Shown here one piece after another: positions 17,471 through 24,523 of a stretch of DNA of 64,000 nt. The stretch spans positions 768,001-832,000 of the forward strand of contig CAVYLP010000006.1 in NCBI GenBank assembly GCA_963769425.1. Reading direction: 5' to 3'. This stretch comes from Candidatus Bathyarchaeota archaeon. GTDB taxonomy: Archaea; Thermoproteota; Bathyarchaeia; TCS64. Made by a program: the position numbers and the translations under genes. The notes beneath the pieces were generated by a model. The model was not told where the DNA came from, made no database searches, and saw nothing but the letters and a program-made list of their open reading frames with translations. Each line of letters begins with the position of its first letter. Position 1 is the first letter of the stretch.

Positions 17471-19566
17471 GCTCTATTTTTCTCTACCTGTACGAAGACG
17501 GTGTGCGTCCGCGAGGCCCTGCTGGGCATCGTCGGCTCCGTGGAGCTAAGCACGTTCGGGGCACCGCTCGTCTCGACTCCGTCCTCGTCGAATGTGGGCC
17601 ACGCGCCCACCTGTAGGCAGACAACACGGCGGGCGATATCCTCTGTGACCATTGCAGAGACCCTGACCCTCCCCTGTTGGTTATAGATGATCACGGTGTC
17701 TCCGTCAGAGATGCCTCTGGCTGAGGCGTCCCCGGGATTGATCCAGAGCGCATGCCTCTCACGCTCCCTGAAGAAGGGGATGTTCCAGTTCTCGCTGTGG
17801 ACGCGGTAGCGTGACTTGGGGGAGATGAGGTAAAGAGGGTACTCGATTGGGGGGAGGGTGGCCCTGCACGTGGGGATCGCTGGGTAGCCGGTCTTAGCGT
17901 AGGCGTCTGAGTGTATCTGGACGAGGCTAGATGGGGTCTTCAGCGGGTTCGCCTTCGGGTCGGCGATGAAGGTTGAGAGGGCGACGCGGTGCTGGTCGGC
18001 GCCGAAGTATATGCCCTTCACCTTGAACTCGGCGGCGTCGGGGACCTCTGACTCGGCGATGAACTTGTCGAGCCACTCCTCCTCTGTACGCCCCTCGGAG
18101 TAGGCGGGGAGGAAGCCGAGCCTCTCCGCGAGCAGGCAGAATATCTCGTAGTCAGTCTTCGCCTCCCCCGGGGGTTCAGCGACCTTGTGGCTGTACATGA
18201 CGTGGTTTCCACCGTCTGCGATGACGATGTCGTTCCGCTCTAGGAACATAGCGGCGGGCAGGACCACATCGCAGTATTTTGCGGTGGGTGTGAGGAAGAA
18301 GTCGTGGCAGACTGAAAACTCGACAGAGTTGAAGGCACGCATGACTTTGTGGGTATCGGCGGCCGTGGAGAGGTAGTTGCCGCCGACGTTGTAGATGGCC
18401 TTGATGTCTGTAGGGTAGCCACCCCGCTTTCCCTCGAGGACGGCGTCAGCCCACTTGTAAGCGGTGACAGAGGCGTTGGCTGGGTTATCGAGGGCTGGGA
18501 GTGTGCCCATACGTGGCGAGGGGAGAGTGCCCCAGGTGAGTGCGCCGCTTGAGCCCCCCTCTACGCCAAGGTTACCCGTCGCGACCTGCAGGGCGATCGA
18601 CATGCGTATCGCCTCCTCGCCGCCGAGGGTTCTCTGTATGCTGAGGCCGGGGATTATTGCGGTGGGGTGACTGTTCCCGTATCTCCGGGCGAGGTCCCTG
18701 ATCTCCGAGGCGGGTGTCCCGCATATGCTCTCGGCCCACTTCGGCGTCTTCGGTACGCCGTCGTCTCGCCCGAGGACGTGGGCGACGAGCTCGTCGAATC
18801 CGTAGCTGTACTTCTCCACGAAGGCACGGTTGACCATCCCCTCGGTTGCAAGCACGTTTAGGATCGCCATCATCATCGCCGAGTCGGTGCCCGGGTTGAT
18901 GGGTACCCATTTTGTAGCTAGAGTCTTCGCGGTTAGGGTTCTTCGTGGGTCGATGAAGACCACCTCTACGTCCCGGGCCTTCGCCTCCCTGACGTGGGCT
19001 TCTAGGGCTCCCTCGAGGCGGGCCTCAGCGATGTTCGCTCCCCAGAGGATGATCATCTTGGAGCTTCGTAGTGTGCCTGCGTCGATGCCCGCGGCCTTGG
19101 TGCCGAGAACGAAGGGTGTTGTATACTTCCCAGCTGCGCTGCTATAGCCGTCGATGATGTCCGTGTATCCGCCGAGCAGGGCGAGGAACCTGCGCGTTAT
19201 GTTAACGGTCTCATAGAGTGCGCCGGTGGAGGTGCCAGCGCTGCCGAACCGGAATATCGAACCAGCACCGTACCTCTCCTTGATCTCGGTTAGCCTCCGG
19301 GCCACGAGGTCAAGGACCTCCCCCCACTCGACTTCCCTGAATTCGTCCGAGCCTCTGGAACCGGTGCGGATGAGTGGCTTCACCAGCCTATCAGGTGCGT
19401 AGAGGATGCGTGTCATCTGGAGACCCTTTATGCAGCCCGCCATGTGGGGGTCGCCGTTTGGGTTGTTCGTGATCCTGACCACCTTTCCGTCATCTACGTG
19501 GGCTAGCAGCGGACAGCCTCCTCCGCAGTCAAGCGGGCAGGCCACAGGAAGCGTCCTCTCAACCAT
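17467..19566 (-). CDS. DMSO-reductase-family molybdopterin oxidoreductase, catalytic subunit
   Basis: N-terminal CPLDCGGGC...C Fe-S motif, RL.KPL.R.G.RG, GYSSAA (Ser ligand region), WGAN, DPR, PGTD, DVVLP; no Tat peptide. Confidence 0.9.
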   Translation of the reverse strand: MVERTLPVACPLDCGGGCPLLAHVDDGKVVRITNNPNGDPHMAGCIKGLQMTRILYAPDRLVKPLIRTGSRGSDEFREVEWGEVLDLVARRLTEIKERYGAGSIFRFGSAGTSTGALYETVNITRRFLALLGGYTDIIDGYSSAAGKYTTPFVLGTKAAGIDAGTLRSSKMIILWGANIAEARLEGALEAHVREAKARDVEVVFIDPRRTLTAKTLATKWVPINPGTDSAMMMAILNVLATEGMVNRAFVEKYSYGFDELVAHVLGRDDGVPKTPKWAESICGTPASEIRDLARRYGNSHPTAIIPGLSIQRTLGGEEAIRMSIALQVATGNLGVEGGSSGALTWGTLPSPRMGTLPALDNPANASVTAYKWADAVLEGKRGGYPTDIKAIYNVGGNYLSTAADTHKVMRAFNSVEFSVCHDFFLTPTAKYCDVVLPAAMFLERNDIVIADGGNHVMYSHKVAEPPGEAKTDYEIFCLLAERLGFLPAYSEGRTEEEWLDKFIAESEVPDAAEFKVKGIYFGADQHRVALSTFIADPKANPLKTPSSLVQIHSDAYAKTGYPAIPTCRATLPPIEYPLYLISPKSRYRVHSENWNIPFFRERERHALWINPGDASARGISDGDTVIIYNQQGRVRVSAMVTEDIARRVVCLQVGAWPTFDEDGVETSGAPNVLSSTEPTMPSRASRTHTVFVQVEKNRA

Positions 19567-19655
19567 GTCGAATCGCTCGAAGTGTTTTGATTGCTCAGTA
19601 CGCGCTTATTGAAATTGTTTGCGGCGTCGCTTGATGGGCAGGGCTTATCTCTCCT

Positions 19656-20045
19656 ATGGTTCAATGGAGGAGCATGGTTGAAAGCAGTTTCTGGTGGCAC
19701 CTCGACCGCCTCGTCGCGGAGAGCCGCGTCATAGTCGATAATCCCCATGGGACACACGATGGCGACTCATCCACGGTCGTTTACCCGGTCGACTACGGTT
19801 ATTTAGAAGGCACCTCCTCGATGGACGGTGATGGCATTGACGTCTTCGTCGGCTCTGACCCCAAACAGAAGATCGACGCAATCGTCTGTACGGTTGACCT
19901 CGTGAAGAGGGACTCGGAGATCAAGGTGCTCATCGGCTGTATGGAGGAAGAGAAGCTGGCGATCGAGAGATTGTACGAGGCCTTCCCACCAATGCACGGG
20001 TTGCTCGTGAGACGTCAACCACAGCATCTTCACAGTGGTTTTTAG
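19656..20045 (+). CDS. Short inorganic pyrophosphatase-like protein
   Basis: YPVDYGYLEGT...DGDGIDVF...E.K motifs of family I PPase; only ~125 aa. Confidence 0.7.
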   Translation: MVQWRSMVESSFWWHLDRLVAESRVIVDNPHGTHDGDSSTVVYPVDYGYLEGTSSMDGDGIDVFVGSDPKQKIDAIVCTVDLVKRDSEIKVLIGCMEEEKLAIERLYEAFPPMHGLLVRRQPQHLHSGF

Positions 20046-20068
20046 CTTCCGGAGTCGAAGGCCTGATC

Positions 20069-20629
20069 ATGAGCTACCCTAAGGGTGTCCTCCGAGAGAT
20101 TGAGAGGCAGGCTTCGAGGAGGTGGCTCCCAATAATCGGCGCGGAGAAGGCCGGGATAGTGGCTAGAGTAGTCGAAGAGGTGAATCCGAAGCGGGCGTTG
20201 GAGGTCGGTACAAACATCGGGTACTCGGCGATCGTGATCGCGAGCCATATGTTGGAGGGCTCGCACCTGACGACGATCGAGGTAGACAGGGCGCACTCCC
20301 GTGAGGCTGAGGCGAACATAAAGAAGGCAGGCCTCTCGGAGAGAGTTAGCGTCCTCGTCGGTGACGCCCTCGAGCTCATCCCATCCATCGATAGCCCAAT
20401 CGACCTCGCCTTCGTTGACGCCGAGAAGGACGAGTACGGGAGATACCTCGCCCTCATGGAGCCGAAGCTCCGCCCCGGCAGTGTGATAATAGCCGACAAC
20501 GTTGGCGCGTTCCCCCGCGCCATGGCGGACTACCTTGACAGGGTCTGCCGATCGGGTCTGTACGAGAGCAGGTACATCTCGGTCGGCTGGGACGGCCTCG
20601 AGGTGAGCCGGAGGCTCCCAGCAGCGTGA
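20069..20629 (+). CDS. Class I SAM-dependent O-methyltransferase
   Basis: LEVGT.IGYS, FVDAEK, IADNV, DGL motifs. Confidence 0.88.
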   Translation: MSYPKGVLREIERQASRRWLPIIGAEKAGIVARVVEEVNPKRALEVGTNIGYSAIVIASHMLEGSHLTTIEVDRAHSREAEANIKKAGLSERVSVLVGDALELIPSIDSPIDLAFVDAEKDEYGRYLALMEPKLRPGSVIIADNVGAFPRAMADYLDRVCRSGLYESRYISVGWDGLEVSRRLPAA

Positions 20630-20664
20630 CCGCTTATTAATGGGTTCGAGGATCGTTTGAGGGG

Positions 20665-21444
20665 ATGAGCGACCCGGAGATATTCAGCCGAGCCGGCGAG
20701 TTCCTCGCCAGGGGGCAGAGCGTCGTGCTCTGTACACTGATATTCAAAGAGGGCTCGGGGCCACGTGAACCCGGGTCAAAGATGCTTGTGACACCTGATG
20801 GGGAGGCCCTGGGCACAATAGGGGGTGGTGGGATGGAGAGGCTCATCGTCGCGCAGGCGCTCGAGGCGCTCGCGGAGAATAAGCCCCGGACACTGCACTT
20901 CGCCATGGGGATACCGCCACGCGAGGGGATGATCGCCATAGACTCGAAGTGCGGGGGGGAGGTCAAGATATTCATGGATGTTGTGAAGCCTGAGCCACGG
21001 CTCATAATCATGGGATCGGGCTGGATAGCCCAGGCCACGGCCCGCTACGCGAAGGACTGCGGATTCGGGATAATCATAGTCGATGACGCGGCAACAGCGA
21101 AGCAGGAGTACTTCCCGGGGATGACGGTTGTCAACGGTAAATATCCCGAGTCTCTCGCCGGGGTGGAGATTCGCTCATCCGACTTCGTCGCCATCCTCCA
21201 TGGTGAAACGCCCTTCGAGCTTGCCGCCCTCCGCCACGCCGCAAAGGCGAAGCCCGCCTACATTGGCCTCCTCGGTAGCGGCAACAAAGCGAAGAAGCAT
21301 AAGGAGCAGCTAAAGTCGGAGGGCGTAGACGCGAAGGCGCTCGACGCTATGTACGCACCCATCGGCCTCGACATAAACGCCGAGACCCCAGAGGAGATAG
21401 GCGTGAGCATCGTCGCTGAGATGATAAAGAGGAAGCGTGGCTAG
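20665..21444 (+). CDS. xdhC: XdhC/CoxI-family Moco chaperone
   Basis: GSGPREPGSKM, GTIGGG, CGG, YIGLLGS, PIGLDI.AETPEEI. Confidence 0.92.
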   Translation: MSDPEIFSRAGEFLARGQSVVLCTLIFKEGSGPREPGSKMLVTPDGEALGTIGGGGMERLIVAQALEALAENKPRTLHFAMGIPPREGMIAIDSKCGGEVKIFMDVVKPEPRLIIMGSGWIAQATARYAKDCGFGIIIVDDAATAKQEYFPGMTVVNGKYPESLAGVEIRSSDFVAILHGETPFELAALRHAAKAKPAYIGLLGSGNKAKKHKEQLKSEGVDAKALDAMYAPIGLDINAETPEEIGVSIVAEMIKRKRG

Positions 21445-21878
21445 CGGAGCAGGGACAGGTTCCCCACTAGCTTGTTAACACGCTTCTTAGGCCCATAAAG
21501 GGCGACTCCGAGGTACTTCAAATCCTCATAGGGCGTTACGGCGAGCTTCCCCAAGTAGTCCTCGTATCGTACCTCCCTCTGCGCCGTCTCCGTAAAGTCG
21601 ACGACAAGCAGCTCGCCGAACTTCATCGCCTTCTCCCTGATCGCCTTGATGGTGTCGGCGTCAGCGGAGAGTATTGGTAGGGGGACGTTTAGTATGCCTG
21701 TGTGGTTCTCCCCCGAGGCGTCGATGACGTCCGGCCCGATTATCCTCTCGATCCTCCTGCCGAGTGTGGCTCCGAGGAGCCCGGCGGTGTTCAAACTGAG
21801 CCCGAGAGGGAGTCCGGAGTCTATGACCATGACGCACTTCGTGGACTCGTCGGTGACCCCGTTCGGTGTGGCGTCCAT
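21441..21878 (-). CDS. DUF2000-family protein (Pth2-like fold)
   Basis: KCV.VID..LP.G...N, DASG..H.G...P.PIL, G.KK.VNKL.G.L.LLR. Confidence 0.8.
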   Translation of the reverse strand: MDATPNGVTDESTKCVMVIDSGLPLGLSLNTAGLLGATLGRRIERIIGPDVIDASGENHTGILNVPLPILSADADTIKAIREKAMKFGELLVVDFTETAQREVRYEDYLGKLAVTPYEDLKYLGVALYGPKKRVNKLVGNLSLLR

Positions 21879-21911
21879 GCTGTTAAGGAGAAAAAAAAAT
21901 AATTATACCTA

Positions 21912-21929
21912 TTGTTAAATTTTTAACAA
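21912..21929. promoter_or_regulatory. Palindrome TTGTTAAA-TT-TTTAACAA upstream of the DUF2000 gene
   Basis: Perfect 8-bp inverted repeat in an AT-rich promoter region. Confidence 0.5.
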
Positions 21930-21934
21930 GATGG

Positions 21935-22110
21935 TCACCGTACCCCACATAGTCAGGAGACTCATGAGGAGAGGTCGTTCCTGCAGGAGTGCATGAACAT
22001 CGTTTCCCCATAAGTGGTAACCACTAATAAGGTGTTTCCGTGGAGACGCCTTCACACCGATGAATGAACACATACAAACCGAGTTACGCCTTCAATTAAA
22101 CGGCGTCCAC
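21935..22110 (+). ncRNA. Candidate structured non-coding RNA, family not recognised
   Basis: Consecutive hairpins whose G-U pairs work on the + strand; no credible ORF; TATA-like sequence upstream. Confidence 0.35.
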
Positions 22111-22578
22111 CCAACCCGTTCTCTATTCACATCGTTCAATGAACCGCGATCCACTCCCTTCAATGAATGTTAAAGACCCCCGGAATGCAACGGTTTTCAA
22201 CGGATATTCAACGGTTTTTAACACGTTTCAGATGACTCCGGCGACGCGTCCCCGACGACGCCGCTATATATACTGAATATATTGAACAGGATCTCGATGA
22301 AAGAAGGGTCTATTTGGTGCCTTGTTTGGGCTAATGGTATTTGGGACCATTTTAGGCCGTCTGTTATCAATTTAGGGACAAAGCAGCGCTTACAACATAC
22401 TCTTCTACCTCATCCAGTCCCGCAGATTCATGAAGACAAAGACCTGAATTGGACGATAGAAAAAAGGGTGTACCCCTGATATCCGTGTAAACGGATCCTT
22501 CCGTCAAACCAGTATGAAAAATGGCTTCTTTTCCATAACCGTTCTACATGCAAAGAGCATTTATTCTCTATAATCTCG

Positions 22579-23160
22579 CTACTTCTCGAACAGGCGCTTG
22601 ACGCGCTCGAAGTCGGCGGGGGTGTCAAAGTCGGCCGTGCTCCACTCGCCCCCCTCGACGTTAACATGTGCACACAAATGCGTGTCGACGACCTCCTTGA
22701 TAGTCCCAGTCAAAGCGAGTATCTCCCCGAAGAGGCTCGACCTGAAGAGGACTGGGTGCCCCCCCTTTCCGTCGTGGATGGGGCTGACTATGAGTGCGCT
22801 GGGGATATCCTCCATTGCAGCGATCAGCCTCCGGAGGAGTTCGGGTCTGAGCCCGAGCTGGTCGCCGAGGACTAGGAAGGCCGCGTCGACATCGCTTATC
22901 GTTCTGAGGCCGGCCTGGAAGCTGGTGGTCATCCCCTTCTCGTGGTCGGGGTTATGGGCGATGCGAACGCCGTGGGATGAGGCTATTACCCTAATCGGCT
23001 CAGGGCTGTTTCCTGTCACGACGACGACTTCGTCGACCGCCTGCATCAGTGCATCAAGTAACCTGTCGAGGACGGTTCTACCCCCGACCTCCAGGAGGAG
23101 CTTGTTCGCGCCCATCCGGCTGCTCTTGCCTGCGGCGAGGACGACGGCCCCGGTCCTCAA
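22579..23160 (-). CDS. MocA-like molybdenum cofactor cytidylyltransferase
   Basis: LAAGKSSRMG.NKLLL, GM..S, LGDQ, GHPVLF, D.DTP.D; TTG start overlaps the small-subunit stop. Confidence 0.85.
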   Translation of the reverse strand: MRTGAVVLAAGKSSRMGANKLLLEVGGRTVLDRLLDALMQAVDEVVVVTGNSPEPIRVIASSHGVRIAHNPDHEKGMTTSFQAGLRTISDVDAAFLVLGDQLGLRPELLRRLIAAMEDIPSALIVSPIHDGKGGHPVLFRSSLFGEILALTGTIKEVVDTHLCAHVNVEGGEWSTADFDTPADFERVKRLFEK

Positions 23161-23630
23161 CCGGGTCCCTTCATCTTCGCTGCGGCGGACTGAACCGCCT
23201 TCACGATGTTGACATAGCCGGTGCAGCGGCACATGTTACCCTTGAGGTACTCCCTGATCTCCGTTTCCGTGGGCTGGGGCTTCTCACTGAGTAGGGCCTT
23301 CGTGGACATGACGAAGCCGGGCGTGCAGAAGCCGCACTGGACAGCGCCTTCCTCCAAGTAAGCCTCTTGTATCGGGTGGAGGCTGTCGTACTCGCCGAGT
23401 CCCTCGATGGTCTCGACGTTTCTCCCGTCGGCATCGACGGCTAGGATCATGCAAGCGAGGACAGACTCGCCATCGAGGAGGACGGTGCATGCGCCGCATT
23501 CGCCAACGCCGCAACCATACTTGGCTCCGGTTAGCATCATGTTTTCACGGATTAGATTGAGGAGCAGTGTGTTGGGCTCGACGTTGAAGCCCCTTGACTT
23601 ACCATTAATCCTAACTGTGATCTTCATCAC
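23157..23630 (-). CDS. Xanthine dehydrogenase-family 2Fe-2S subunit, trimer 2
   Basis: CGVGECGACTV, QCGFCTPG, GNMCRCTGY. Confidence 0.93.
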   Translation of the reverse strand: MMKITVRINGKSRGFNVEPNTLLLNLIRENMMLTGAKYGCGVGECGACTVLLDGESVLACMILAVDADGRNVETIEGLGEYDSLHPIQEAYLEEGAVQCGFCTPGFVMSTKALLSEKPQPTETEIREYLKGNMCRCTGYVNIVKAVQSAAAKMKGPG

Positions 23631-24523
23631 TTATCCCTCCTTGAGTCTTCGAGGATTCTGGTAAGTGCCTCCATGGCGAGGCCTTTCGAGGCGAAGCGCC
23701 TGTACTCGCCTGTGCCCCTGATGTCTGTTATGGGCTTGATGCTCTCACTGACGAGTCTCCCTGCCTCCTCAATGGTCTCGACAGACAGCTTCTTCTTAGT
23801 GAGTTGCTGCTCGACGTTCCTGAGCCTAAGCGGTGTGGGAGCGACCGCTCCCATTACTACCCTGATGCTTTCTGCCGTCTCCTTCTTCATCTTGGCGTTG
23901 ACGGCTATGCTGACGGTTGCGAGGTCGAGGCTTGTCCTGCCGAGCTTTATGAAGGCACCTCGGGTCCCCGCCTCCGGGTAGGGGAGGGTGAGGCTTGCTA
24001 GGAACTCCCCCCTGCCGAGTACAGTCCTGCCGGGGCCGGTAAAGAAGCTCTCGAGTTCTATGTTCCTCTCCCCAGATGGTCCAGTTATGTTCGCTTTCGC
24101 ATCCAGTGCGATTAAGGCCTGGGCGCTGTCTGCGGCCGGGGACGCGTTGCAAAGGTTCCCACCGACCGTCGCCATATTCCTGATCTGGACAGAGCCGATG
24201 GCCGAGACCGCTTCGTGTAGGAGGGGGAGCTTCTCTGTGACTATGATGCTGCGCTCGATGTCGCGGAGCCGGGTGAGGGCTCCGATCCTGATCTGCTCTG
24301 CCTCCTCTCGGACGCCTGAGAGCTCAGGTATGTGTTTGAGGTTGACGACGTGGCGGGGCTTGAGGAGCGCCTGCTTCATCTTGGGGATGAGGTCGGTGCC
24401 CCCGGCGAGGATCGCTACCTCCACGCCATGCTCGTCAAGGAGCTTGACTGCCTCGGCGACGCTCGCTGGCGCGTGGTACTGGAAGCCGTGTAGGATGTGG
24501 GTGTCGTGCGTGTTGATGCTCAT
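23627..24523 (-). CDS. Xanthine dehydrogenase-family FAD subunit, trimer 2
   Basis: AGGTDL, QIRNMATVGGNLCNASPAAD, PITDIRGT.EYR. Confidence 0.92.
   Translation of the reverse strand: MSINTHDTHILHGFQYHAPASVAEAVKLLDEHGVEVAILAGGTDLIPKMKQALLKPRHVVNLKHIPELSGVREEAEQIRIGALTRLRDIERSIIVTEKLPLLHEAVSAIGSVQIRNMATVGGNLCNASPAADSAQALIALDAKANITGPSGERNIELESFFTGPGRTVLGRGEFLASLTLPYPEAGTRGAFIKLGRTSLDLATVSIAVNAKMKKETAESIRVVMGAVAPTPLRLRNVEQQLTKKKLSVETIEEAGRLVSESIKPITDIRGTGEYRRFASKGLAMEALTRILEDSRRDK

Noticed and set aside
22282-22479. 65-aa ORF in the gap
   Set aside because: No recognisable motif, atypical codon usage, and the TTG start lies too close to the TATA-like sequence.
21879-22578. Replication origin or CRISPR array in the large gap
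   Set aside because: GTTTCCGTGGAGAC only loosely resembles an ORB, lacks a G-string and second copy, and no cdc6 is nearby; repeats are 6-9 bp without spacers.
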